Of a DNA stretch of 64,000 nucleotides, positions 36,381-45,090 are shown in pieces. The notes under the pieces are model-generated. The model saw only the letters and a program-made list of their open reading frames with translations, was not told the origin of the DNA and did not search any database. Each line of letters starts with the position of its first letter. Position 1 is the stretch's first letter. Both the position numbers and the translations under genes were made by a program. Source of the DNA: an uncultured Clostridia bacterium (GTDB taxonomy: Bacteria > Bacillota > Clostridia > Christensenellales > UBA1242); the NCBI GenBank assembly GCA_934747255.1, contig CAKVGH010000002.1, forward strand, positions 73,319-137,318, read 5' to 3'.

Positions 36381-37637
36381 ATGGAAAAGTTTTTAATATA
36401 TGGTGGCAACAAATTAAACGGCAAGTTAAAAATAAAGGGAGCAAAAAACTCCATTTTGCCTATACTTTCGGCTAGTATTATGTGCAAAGATAAGGTGGTT
36501 TTACATAATATTCCTTGTTTAAGCGATATTCATAATATGTGTGACATTTTGCGTTCTATTGGTTGCAAAGTTAAGGAACAAAAAAACAAAATAACTATTG
36601 ATTCCAGTGGTGTTAATTCTTATGAATTACCAAGCGAACTTACTAGTAAATTACGAGCAAGTGTGTTTATGCTTGGCTCACTTTGTGCAGTGCAAAAAAG
36701 AGCCAAAATTAGTTACCCCGGTGGGTGTAATATTGGTTCTAGACCAATCGACATACACCTATTAGGTTTGGAAGCATTTGGTGTGGAGATAGAAGAAAAT
36801 CACGGCTTTATTGTTTGCGATGCAAAAAACCTTAAAGCGAGTAAGTTTTACTTAAGATTTCCGTCTGTTGGAGCAACAGAAAACTTAATGATGTCGGCAG
36901 TTTTAACAAAAGGCGAAACAATCATTCAAAACTGTGCAAAAGAACCAGAAATTGTCGATTTGCAAAACTTTCTAAACAGTATGGGAGCAAGGGTTAGTGG
37001 AGCAGGCACTTGCGAAATTAAAATCCGTGGTGTAAAAAAATTGCACGGAACGGAATATTCGCCAATCGGCGACAGAATTGTTGCGGGAACATATATGCTT
37101 GCAACGCTTATGTGTGGTGGCAATGTCGAATTAAGTAATATTAACCCAATGCATCTATACAGTTTGGTTGAAAAGTTTGACGGAAACGATTGCAAAATTA
37201 TAACAAAAAATGATAAACTTATTGTACAGTCTAGTGGTCGGCTAAAAGCAGTACCGCTGGTCGAAACAAATCCGTATCCATTATTTCCCACTGATATGCA
37301 GGCACAGATGATGGCTCTGCAAACAATTTGTGATGGCACAAGTGTGATTATTGAAAATCTGTTTGAAACAAGATTTAAGCAGGTTGCAGGACTCAAAAAA
37401 ATGGGCGCTGACATTCTAATAAAAGGCAATATTGCCATTGTGTCTGGAAAAGAAAAACTTTGTGGTGCGGAAGTGGAAGCAACTGATTTAAGAGCAGGAG
37501 CAAGTTTAGTTCTTGCAGGGCTTTGTGCCGAAGGCTACACAAAAGTTAGCAATGTGTTTTACATAGATAGGGGTTATGATAGTATCGAAAACGACCTTAA
37601 AAAACTCGGTGCAAAAATCAGTCGTATTGATGAGTAA
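36381..37637 (+). CDS. murA: UDP-N-acetylglucosamine 1-carboxyvinyltransferase
   Basis: Start moved to the ATG at 36381 (MEKFLIYGGNKLNGKLKIKGAKNSILP is the canonical MurA N-terminus). Active-site YPGGCNIGSRPID. Confidence 0.9.
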   Translation: MEKFLIYGGNKLNGKLKIKGAKNSILPILSASIMCKDKVVLHNIPCLSDIHNMCDILRSIGCKVKEQKNKITIDSSGVNSYELPSELTSKLRASVFMLGSLCAVQKRAKISYPGGCNIGSRPIDIHLLGLEAFGVEIEENHGFIVCDAKNLKASKFYLRFPSVGATENLMMSAVLTKGETIIQNCAKEPEIVDLQNFLNSMGARVSGAGTCEIKIRGVKKLHGTEYSPIGDRIVAGTYMLATLMCGGNVELSNINPMHLYSLVEKFDGNDCKIITKNDKLIVQSSGRLKAVPLVETNPYPLFPTDMQAQMMALQTICDGTSVIIENLFETRFKQVAGLKKMGADILIKGNIAIVSGKEKLCGAEVEATDLRAGASLVLAGLCAEGYTKVSNVFYIDRGYDSIENDLKKLGAKISRIDE

Positions 37638-37640
37638 AAT

Positions 37641-38417
37641 ATGAAAAACAAAAAATTGAGAGTTTGTCTTATTGTTTTTGCAAGTTTGGTGTTGGTAATT
37701 GTTCTAACCAGTGCCATTTTTGCTCTCAAAAACATTTCTCTTGATTTTTTGGGCGAAACGGACAAACTGTCGAGTAGTGAGCAAACTATTATTGATAGTG
37801 CCGATTTCAAACAAGGCTCAAATGTCTTGTTTATGAAAAAAAACTATTACATAAGCAAAATTGAAAAGAAAAATCCTTATGTAAAGGTTGTTAACATAGA
37901 AACCGTTTTTCCAAACTCAATAATTATTCATTGCACAGAAAGAGTGGAACTGCTTGCGGTAAAGCAAACCGACAACACCTATGCGATTTTAGACGAAGAT
38001 TTGAAAGTTTTGAATGTTGTTAATCACTTTGAAAACACAGACCAAAACGCCATAATTATTCAAGGTTTGGGTGATATTTCGCCACAAAATGCGGGAGATT
38101 TTTTGAGTCTTGACGAAAGACAAAACGAATTAGTAAAAAGCACGATAAATAGTCTTAAAGAGTGGAAATTATCTCCATCTGTATTAAAACAAAAGGTGGA
38201 ATTTGTTTGCATTGACTACGAAAGAGAAAATCAAGTTTTAGTAAAAATGCGTAGTGGAGTAAAAATCGTAGTTAAAGACGCAAATATCTTGTGCAGTGAT
38301 AAATTTAATATGGCATTTTCAGCATACGAAAGCAATATAAAATATCAAACTTCTGGTACACTAGAAGTACGAATCACAGAAAGTAATGAAATGAGAATTT
38401 TCTTTTATACCGAATAA
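37641..38417 (+). CDS. ftsQ: cell division protein FtsQ/DivIB
   Basis: N-terminal TM plus a POTRA-like region (ISKIEKKNPYVKVVNIETVFPNSIIIH). Position is upstream of ftsA. Confidence 0.75.
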   Translation: MKNKKLRVCLIVFASLVLVIVLTSAIFALKNISLDFLGETDKLSSSEQTIIDSADFKQGSNVLFMKKNYYISKIEKKNPYVKVVNIETVFPNSIIIHCTERVELLAVKQTDNTYAILDEDLKVLNVVNHFENTDQNAIIIQGLGDISPQNAGDFLSLDERQNELVKSTINSLKEWKLSPSVLKQKVEFVCIDYERENQVLVKMRSGVKIVVKDANILCSDKFNMAFSAYESNIKYQTSGTLEVRITESNEMRIFFYTE

Positions 38418-38511
38418 TTTTCCAAGTTTTTCCAGTTTTGTGCAAATAACTAAAAAAATTTTATAATTTTACATAAATATGCAAAATAGTGAATAAATTT
38501 TTATTTTTCAT

Positions 38512-38540
38512 TTGACAACTTTTGACTGAAAATATATAAT
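38512..38540 (+). promoter_or_regulatory. consensus sigma-A promoter upstream of ftsA
   Basis: TTGACA (38512-38517), 17 nt, TATAAT (38535-38540). Confidence 0.65.
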
Positions 38541-38564
38541 GAATTTAAGAAAAAAAATCGGGAG

Positions 38565-39752
38565 ATGATGGTTTTGGCTAAAAAATATGGATGCGTACTT
38601 GATTTTGGTTCAAGTAAAATAACCGCAATGATAGGGGAAAAGGGCGTTAATAACACCTTTAATATTCACGGTACGGGCGAAACAGAATATGCTGGATATT
38701 ACGAAGGTGAATTTGTTGAGCCAGAAAAACTACTTGCTAGTATCGAAAGTACCTTAACAAAAGCACAAACAAATAGTGGATTAGAAATTACAAAATTATT
38801 CGTTGGAGTTCCAAGCGAATTTTCATTCTGCAAAACAAAATCAGCAGGAATTAGTTTCAAAAAGCGTACAAAAATAGGAGTGGACGAAATATACTCTTTC
38901 TTTGACCTAGCGTCAAAGGACCTTGATGTTTCTAACTGCACAATATTAAATCGTTCTCCAATTTTCTTTATGCTTGACGATAAGCGTAAATGTATGGACC
39001 CAAAAGGACAAGTTACAAGCAAACTTTATGGCGAAATTAGTTTTATCTTTGCAGAGAATAGTTTTATTGAAAAAATAAATGATATTCTTTCTCAATTAGG
39101 TATTTCTAATGTCGAATATGTCAGCAGTCCTCTTGCTCAATCAATATATCTTTTAGACCCAGAAATTAGGGACACAGGGGCAATTTTAATTGATTGCGGA
39201 TACATATCAACAAGTGTTGCTTTGGTAAAGGGCGATGGACTACTTGGTCTTAATGCTTTCTCTCTTGGTGGCGGACACATAACAGCTGACTTAAGCCAAG
39301 TTTTGCAACTATCGTTTAAGGACGCCGAAACATTAAAACGAAAAGTAGTTTTGAGTTTGGATGCAAGCGATAATGATTTTTACGAAATTGTAAACGGAAC
39401 AGGTAGTGTTACACCAGTTTCTGCAAAACTTACAAACGAAATCGTTGGCGCAAGAGTAGATATGATTGCCACAATGATTAGCCGTTCACTTTCTGCACTA
39501 AAAGGCAGTTACAATGGCTATCTTCCAGTTTATTTAACTGGTGGCGGAATTTGTTATTTGAAAGGCGGAAAAGACTATCTTTCAAAAGCAATAGGCTCAA
39601 ATATTGAAATTTTGTCGCCACAAGTTCCACAATTAAATAGACCACATTTTTCAAGTGTACTTGGGCTACTAGATTTGGCGTTAGCACAAGTAAAAACAGA
39701 AAAATTGTCATTTGGTGAAAAATTAAAGCGTTTATTTAAGCATAAGTCATAA
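38565..39752 (+). CDS. ftsA: cell division protein FtsA
   Basis: Actin-fold motifs LDFGSSKITAM, IDCGYISTS and LTGGG. C-terminal amphipathic helix LSFGEKLKRLFKHKS. Confidence 0.85.
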   Translation: MMVLAKKYGCVLDFGSSKITAMIGEKGVNNTFNIHGTGETEYAGYYEGEFVEPEKLLASIESTLTKAQTNSGLEITKLFVGVPSEFSFCKTKSAGISFKKRTKIGVDEIYSFFDLASKDLDVSNCTILNRSPIFFMLDDKRKCMDPKGQVTSKLYGEISFIFAENSFIEKINDILSQLGISNVEYVSSPLAQSIYLLDPEIRDTGAILIDCGYISTSVALVKGDGLLGLNAFSLGGGHITADLSQVLQLSFKDAETLKRKVVLSLDASDNDFYEIVNGTGSVTPVSAKLTNEIVGARVDMIATMISRSLSALKGSYNGYLPVYLTGGGICYLKGGKDYLSKAIGSNIEILSPQVPQLNRPHFSSVLGLLDLALAQVKTEKLSFGEKLKRLFKHKS

Positions 39753-39818
39753 TGAATTATATTTAACTTATTGACAAACACAAAAAATGATTATAAAATA
39801 AAAAGCAAGGAGATAAAT

Positions 39819-41048
39819 ATGTTTAACGAAGAAGTAACAAGCGTTGCGAAAATAAAGGTTATCGGTGCAGGTGGCGGTGGCTCAAATGCCGTTACAAGAA
39901 TGATTAAGTTTGACTTCAAAGGTCCAGAGTTTATCGCTGTTAATACAGATAAACAAGCCCTTTTAACAAACCCAGCCGAAACAAGAATACAAATTGGTGC
40001 AAAATTGACAAAAGGACTAGGCGCAGGTGCTGACCCAGAAGTTGGTGCAAAGGCTGCCGAAGAAAATAAAGCAGAACTTTCTGCTGCTTTGCAAGGTGCA
40101 GATTTGGTATTCATTACAGCAGGTATGGGTGGTGGAACTGGTACAGGTGCCGCCCCAGTAATTGCTCAAATGGCAAAAGATATGGGTATTTTAACTGTTG
40201 CTGTCGTTACAAAGCCATTTGGTTTTGAAGGTAAAGCAAGAATGTTGAATGCAGAAAAAGGTATTGAAAACTTGAAAAAGTATGTTGATACTTTGGTTAT
40301 CATTCCAAACGACAAGTTGTTAAAGGTTATGCCAAAGGGAACTCCAATGCTTGACTGTTTTAGATATGCAGACGATGTTTTAAGACAAGGTATTCAAGGC
40401 ATTAGTGATGTTATTATCAATCCAAGTTTGATTAACCTTGACTTTGCTGATGTAAGAACAATTATGAAAAATCGTGGCTATGCTCACATGGGTATTGGTA
40501 GAGCAAAAGGCGAAAACAAAATGCACGAAGCAGTTAGAAATGCAGTGTATAGCCCACTATTAGAAACTCAAATTGAAGGAGCAACTGGCGTATTACTTAA
40601 TATCAAGGGCGGTATTGACCTAGCACTTGACGAAGTAAACGAAGCCGCTGCTTTGGTTCAAGAAGTTGTTGACCCTAAATGTAACTTTATTTTCGGTACA
40701 AGTATTGACCCAAATATGGAAGACGAAGTGGAAATCACTATCATTGCTACTGGTTTTGCTGGTGCAAACTTTGAAAACAAAAAGGAAGAGCCACAAAAAC
40801 CAGATATTCATTCACAAGCAGATGGTTTGCGTACTTTTATGAATCAAAATCGTCAAAATCAAGAAGATGAAAGACAAAGATTATATGACCAAAAACTTCA
40901 AGTGAATACAGGCTTGTTTGACATAAGACCAACACAACAACCACAACAAGAACCTGTTATAATAAAGCCTAAAGAAAATACTTCAAGAATGACTATTGAA
41001 GATGACGATATTCCACCTTTCTTAAAGAGAATGAAAGGCAAAAACTAA
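39819..41048 (+). CDS. ftsZ: cell division protein FtsZ
   Basis: Start moved to the ATG at 39819 after aaggag. [23 protein letters not shown], and a C-terminal conserved [10 protein letters not shown] peptide. Confidence 0.95.
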   Translation: MFNEEVTSVAKIKVIGAGGGGSNAVTRMIKFDFKGPEFIAVNTDKQALLTNPAETRIQIGAKLTKGLGAGADPEVGAKAAEENKAELSAALQGADLVFITAGMGGGTGTGAAPVIAQMAKDMGILTVAVVTKPFGFEGKARMLNAEKGIENLKKYVDTLVIIPNDKLLKVMPKGTPMLDCFRYADDVLRQGIQGISDVIINPSLINLDFADVRTIMKNRGYAHMGIGRAKGENKMHEAVRNAVYSPLLETQIEGATGVLLNIKGGIDLALDEVNEAAALVQEVVDPKCNFIFGTSIDPNMEDEVEITIIATGFAGANFENKKEEPQKPDIHSQADGLRTFMNQNRQNQEDERQRLYDQKLQVNTGLFDIRPTQQPQQEPVIIKPKENTSRMTIEDDDIPPFLKRMKGKN

Positions 41049-41089
41049 TGTTTATAAAACAATTTGGCACAAATTTGTGCCATTTGCTT

Positions 41090-41165
41090 GCTAATATGGC
41101 TCAGTCGGTAGAGCACCACCTTGGTAAGGTGGAGGTCACGGGTTCGATTCCCGTTATTAGCTCCA
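41090..41165 (+). tRNA. tRNA-Thr (anticodon GGT), CCA encoded
   Basis: Clean cloverleaf. Acceptor GCTAATA/TATTAGC, D arm gctc-agtcggta-gagc, anticodon arm ccacc-ttGGTaa-ggtgg, T arm acggg-ttcgatt-cccgt, discriminator T plus CCA. Confidence 0.9.
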
Positions 41166-41208
41166 CTTTTAGTATTATTCAAAAAAATACTATATATTTA
41201 TATAACTA

Positions 41209-41238
41209 AAATCGCTAGTATTTACTAACGATTTTTTT
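41209..41238 (+). terminator. intrinsic terminator after the tRNA
   Basis: aatcgctagt / actaacgatt (one mismatch), followed by TTTTTTT. Confidence 0.6.
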
Positions 41239-41475
41239 ATTTATTAAATTTATTTTTTGCTTGTTTGATTTTTTTTGCTTCAAGGATTTTATTAGTTTGT
41301 TTTTGTTTAATATTGGGTTTTTTTAATAGTTCGATAATTTTGCCTTTACATATTTTTTAATAAATTTTTTTACTGATTAGTTATTAAAGATGTGAATAAA
41401 AAATATAAGAAAAGATAAAATATTATGAATTTTTTATTTTATAATATTAAGGTTGTAAAATAAAAACAAAAAATT

Positions 41476-41715
41476 TTATACCTTATCAACCTGCTTTTTT
41501 ACAGCAACAAAATCAATTATGCCAGTGATTAAAAATAGTCCACTCAATACAAATAGACCTATTGTAAAAGCGTCAATAGTTTGATTTCTGTCTAGTTTTA
41601 TAATGGCAATAGCAAGCGAAATACAAACAACTGCGGTTCTAACAAATGCAAGTAGCGTTCTAGTGCCAGCAAGCAAGGTTCGTTTTTTTGCTAAAATAAC
41701 ATTTTTTTCTTCCAT
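41476..41715 (-). CDS. DUF202 (YidH-like) small membrane protein
   Basis: KRTLLAGTRTLLAFVRTAV matches the DUF202 signature (ERTxLAWxRT). 2-3 TM. Starts 8 nt after the upstream gene. Confidence 0.7.
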   Translation of the reverse strand: MEEKNVILAKKRTLLAGTRTLLAFVRTAVVCISLAIAIIKLDRNQTIDAFTIGLFVLSGLFLITGIIDFVAVKKQVDKV

Positions 41716-41723
41716 AACGACAC

Positions 41724-42227
41724 CTAATAAAGTTTAGCAACATTCATTAAAATTAAAAATCCAAACAAAAATGTGGTAGTAGCCCCCTGAATAATAAACA
41801 TTAAGTTGGTTGCAACTTGAAATTTTTGATTTAATGAGTAACCGATAAAGCCAAATAGCCAAATCAACATCCATACTAGCCAGAATATTCCTGCAAGAGT
41901 TGAGCCGATAACTAGCAAATAAATTCCTAAAATCAAGGCACTAATGGTGGAGAGTAAGCAGTAATACCCAAAAAACTTTTCACTTTCGTTGTTTTTGGCA
42001 AATATGGCAATAAATATATTAGTAAACCCAAAAAGCAACCCACCCAAATAATGAATATCGTTGGACGGAACTTGGCTTGTAATTAAAGAATATAGATTGA
42101 AAAGTAATATCATTCCGCCAGTTAAAAAGTTAATTAAAACTAAATCTTTTTTGTTCCAGTTATTTAATCCAATTAGTCCATTAAGAACTAATGTTATACC
42201 AACAAAAACTAATGAAACACCTAACAT
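41724..42227 (-). CDS. AmiS/UreI family channel protein
   Basis: Start moved to MLGVSL (42227; SD aaggag). MLGVSLVFVGITLVLNGLIGL, INFLTGGMIL, GLLFGFTNIFIAI and WLVWMLIWL align closely with remembered H. pylori UreI blocks. Confidence 0.8.
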   Translation of the reverse strand: MLGVSLVFVGITLVLNGLIGLNNWNKKDLVLINFLTGGMILLFNLYSLITSQVPSNDIHYLGGLLFGFTNIFIAIFAKNNESEKFFGYYCLLSTISALILGIYLLVIGSTLAGIFWLVWMLIWLFGFIGYSLNQKFQVATNLMFIIQGATTTFLFGFLILMNVAKLY

Positions 42228-42438
42228 AAAAAACTCCTTTTTGTTGATTATCAACATTTTTTATTGTTTTATACTATAAAACATTTTTAATAGGTAATAC
42301 AATAGTTTTTTAATAATAGTCATTTTGCAGAGTTACGGTTAAAAATTTTTGAAAAATTTGTTAAAAAAGTTTATATGCTTTATTTTGAAAAAATAAAAAA
42401 AAGTGATATTCTATGTATGTTAAACAAAGGAGAATTTT

Positions 42439-43329
42439 ATGAAACAATTTGAAGTATCAACCGACAGTAACTGCGATTTATACACAAATGAAATAGAACA
42501 ATTAGGAGTTTATGTAGGACATTTGTCTTATTTACTAAACAAAGATAACAAACTCACTGAACATTTAGATAATTTTACAGACTATCAACAATATGTTGAT
42601 TTCTATAATGAATTACGAAAAGGTGCTGTTGCAAAAACATCAATACTTAACCTAGATGCACATATTAGACTTTTTACCGAAATGGCAGAAAAGGGTGTTA
42701 AAAATGCCTTGCACATTGCTCAATCTTATGGTTTAAGCCCAACACTTGATAATGCCTTAAAAGCAATCGAAATTGTTAAGGAAAAGTACCCAGACATCAA
42801 CTATAAGGCTATCGAATCAAGAACAACAACTTGTGCCGAAGGTATGCTTGTTAAATCCGCTTGCAAGTTTAGAGATGAAGGAAAATCACTAGACGAAACT
42901 CTTGAAATAATTGATAAAATGAAAATGAATGTTCAACATTTTATCATCGCAGATGATTTGATGTACTTAAAGCGAGGTGGAAGAATTAGTGGTCCAAAAG
43001 CGGTTATGGGAACACTTCTTAATCTAAAACCAATCATCGAGTTTTCAAAAGAAGGCAAACTGGAAGTTATTCGTAAGGAAATGGGTATGAAAAAAGCAAT
43101 GAAAAGCATCATTGCCGAAGCAAAAAATTATACTAAAAACAATATTGATTTTAGAGGTGTTATTGTTCATACAGACAACTTACCAGTTGCAAAGGAACTT
43201 CAATCAATGGTTAAGGAAGCCTTTGGTTACGAGCCAGAAATTAGAATTATGGGTCCAATTATTGGTGCTCACGTAGGTCCAAATTCTGTTGCTTATGCCT
43301 TTATTTCAAACGAAGAAAGGCCTTGCTAA
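42439..43329 (+). CDS. DegV family fatty-acid-binding protein
   Basis: STDSNCDL N-terminus, IADDLMYLKRGGRIS, and VHTDN...GPIIGAHVGPNSVAYAF. Confidence 0.85.
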   Translation: MKQFEVSTDSNCDLYTNEIEQLGVYVGHLSYLLNKDNKLTEHLDNFTDYQQYVDFYNELRKGAVAKTSILNLDAHIRLFTEMAEKGVKNALHIAQSYGLSPTLDNALKAIEIVKEKYPDINYKAIESRTTTCAEGMLVKSACKFRDEGKSLDETLEIIDKMKMNVQHFIIADDLMYLKRGGRISGPKAVMGTLLNLKPIIEFSKEGKLEVIRKEMGMKKAMKSIIAEAKNYTKNNIDFRGVIVHTDNLPVAKELQSMVKEAFGYEPEIRIMGPIIGAHVGPNSVAYAFISNEERPC

Positions 43330-43350
43330 TAAAATTTTAATAATTGAAAG

Positions 43351-43392
43351 ATAAGTGCTTTATTGTTTTATTAAATAAGCACTTATTTTTTT
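43351..43392 (+). terminator. intrinsic terminator after the DegV gene
   Basis: ataagtgctt (43351-43360) / aagcacttat (43377-43386), followed by a T-run. Confidence 0.75.
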
Positions 43393-43536
43393 ATCGTAGT
43401 ATTTTATTAAAAAAATTAAAAATATAAATCAAAGAATTTTTTATATAATAATAAATAGTTTTATTGTATAATTAACTCAACTATTTGTTGTAATCATTTA
43501 TAATAATTGTCTTTTATAAAATCAAATTTATATAAT

Positions 43537-43569
43537 AAAAAAAAATCACCTAATTAAAGGTGATTTTTT
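43537..43569. terminator. bidirectional terminator (serves the minus-strand 143-aa gene)
   Basis: aatcacct (43544-43551) / aggtgatt (43558-43565), flanked by an A-run and a T-run. Confidence 0.7.
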
Positions 43570-43593
43570 ATTTTTATAAAGTAGAGTAGATGA

Positions 43594-44025
43594 TTACTCA
43601 CTTAATTCTTCGGCTTCATTGTTGAGCTTAAATTTTTCAAATGTGTAGGTATTCCAAACACAGTGGAAAGAAGCAAGTTGTTTTTCAGAAAGATAATGCT
43701 TTGAATTTAATCTTTTGACAAGTTTCAAAAGTTTTTTATCATTTGTAAATTCGTCAAGTCTTTCGATACCATAAACTGTCACTGGCTTATCCAATATTTG
43801 AGTTACTGCTTCGCCAATATCAACTTCTTCAAACTTTCGGTTATGTTTTGTATGCAAAAATTTTATGGTATTTGTTTCTCTATCAATGGTCGCAAATTGA
43901 ATTTGACAACCAGTTTGACCGTTGCTTAAATATCTTTTAACAACTCTAAAATATATATCAGTCCAAACAAATTTTTTATTTCCAATATGTCCCCAGTAGT
44001 CAGGTCTAGCATTTGCAAAATCCAT
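43594..44025 (-). CDS. hypothetical protein (143 aa, soluble)
   Basis: SD ggagaaa upstream, its own consensus promoter and terminator. No family recognised. Confidence 0.6.
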   Translation of the reverse strand: MDFANARPDYWGHIGNKKFVWTDIYFRVVKRYLSNGQTGCQIQFATIDRETNTIKFLHTKHNRKFEEVDIGEAVTQILDKPVTVYGIERLDEFTNDKKLLKLVKRLNSKHYLSEKQLASFHCVWNTYTFEKFKLNNEAEELSE

Positions 44026-44050
44026 TATTATTTCTCCTTAAAGTTAAAAT

Positions 44051-44079
44051 ATTATATAATATAAAATAATAGTTGTCAA
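44051..44079 (-). promoter_or_regulatory. consensus sigma-A promoter with TGAGTA extension
   Basis: Minus strand: TGAGTATTGACAA (44085-44073), 17 nt, TATAAT (44056-44051). Confidence 0.65.
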
Positions 44080-44145
44080 TACTCATTTTTGAAATTTTAT
44101 CAAAAATTAAACTTAAAATTTTACTTAAAACAGAGTGGAAAAGTC

Positions 44146-45090
44146 CTAGTTTTTTGTTATTCTTAAATCTTTACCTTCAAACTTAATGCAAACAGATTTT
44201 GACTTATCAAATAGGCGAGAGAAAATTCGTTCTTCATACTTATCAATAATATTGTTTGGCATTAAATTTGTGGTGATTATTGTTTTTTTGTTGTTAAGAA
44301 TTCTGTCATTTATAAGTAGCAAAAAATACTCTTTTGTTACATTTTTGAGCATTGGCTCTGTGCCTAAATCATCAATAATTAGTAAGTCAGGTTTGGTGTA
44401 TTGCTCTAATTCTAGCATTTTTTCTTCCATTTTAGAAGTGTGAATTTTCAAAAAGTGATTGTTTAATGCAAACATTGAGCAAAACAAAGCGGTATAGCCT
44501 TTGCTTATAACCGATTTTGCAACCGATTTTGTAATATAAGACTTTCCAACACCAGTTTTACCAGCAAAAATCAAAATTTGCTTGTTAGTTTGCTCAAAAT
44601 CATTAACAAACTCAATCAAGTTTTCTTTTACTTGCTTCATATATTCCTTGTTTTCAAAACAATCATAATTATAGTCACTTAACAAAGGAATATCATTAAA
44701 ATCTATATTTGAGTCACGCATAATTTTTTCGTTATAGATTTGTTTAACGCAAGAACAAAGTTTTCCGTTATAATAACCTGTATCTTCACATTTTTTGCAA
44801 TTAAAGTGGGGCACTAGCGATTTTTCGCTAATTTTTAGTTTTTTTAGTACTGATTTTTTTTGGTTTTCTATTTCGTCAAGTTGTTTTTCGGCATCAGCAG
44901 TGTCTTTTTGCTCAAATTTTAACTTGCCAATTTCAAAAACTAATGCTCGTGATTTTTTATCTAATTCGGCATACTCGCTATGCTTCATAACCGATTGTTT
45001 AACATATTCAGCGTCAAAAATCTCGCTATTTCTCATAGCGTTTTTTTCTAGCAAAATTTGTTTGATTATTTCTCTTTCAATCATTTCCAC
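44146..45090 (-). CDS. dnaI: helicase-loader ATPase, DnaI/DnaC family
   Basis: N-terminal Cys cluster CKKCEDTGYYNGKLCSC, Walker A GKTGVGKS, Walker B LLIIDDLG. Overlaps the upstream DnaD-domain gene. Confidence 0.8.
   Translation of the reverse strand: MEMIEREIIKQILLEKNAMRNSEIFDAEYVKQSVMKHSEYAELDKKSRALVFEIGKLKFEQKDTADAEKQLDEIENQKKSVLKKLKISEKSLVPHFNCKKCEDTGYYNGKLCSCVKQIYNEKIMRDSNIDFNDIPLLSDYNYDCFENKEYMKQVKENLIEFVNDFEQTNKQILIFAGKTGVGKSYITKSVAKSVISKGYTALFCSMFALNNHFLKIHTSKMEEKMLELEQYTKPDLLIIDDLGTEPMLKNVTKEYFLLLINDRILNNKKTIITTNLMPNNIIDKYEERIFSRLFDKSKSVCIKFEGKDLRITKN

Noticed and set aside
36926-37438. 170-aa ORF antisense to murA. Similar long antisense ORFs include 47733-48227 (opposite sigE), 48788-49306 (opposite spoIIGA), 50245-50745 and 51655-52071 (opposite feoB), 7014-7313 (opposite recJ) and 10315-10647 (opposite rel).
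   Set aside because: Each lies wholly inside a confidently identified gene on the other strand. They have no SD, low-complexity or hydrophobic junk-like translations, and are the expected shadow ORFs of AT-rich coding sequence.
41090-43593. tRNA-Thr followed by AT-rich DNA and accessory-looking genes, considered as a genomic island or prophage attachment site.
   Set aside because: There is no integrase, recombinase or phage gene, and I could not find a repeat of the tRNA 3' end downstream. The genes are ordinary small membrane or lipid-binding proteins.
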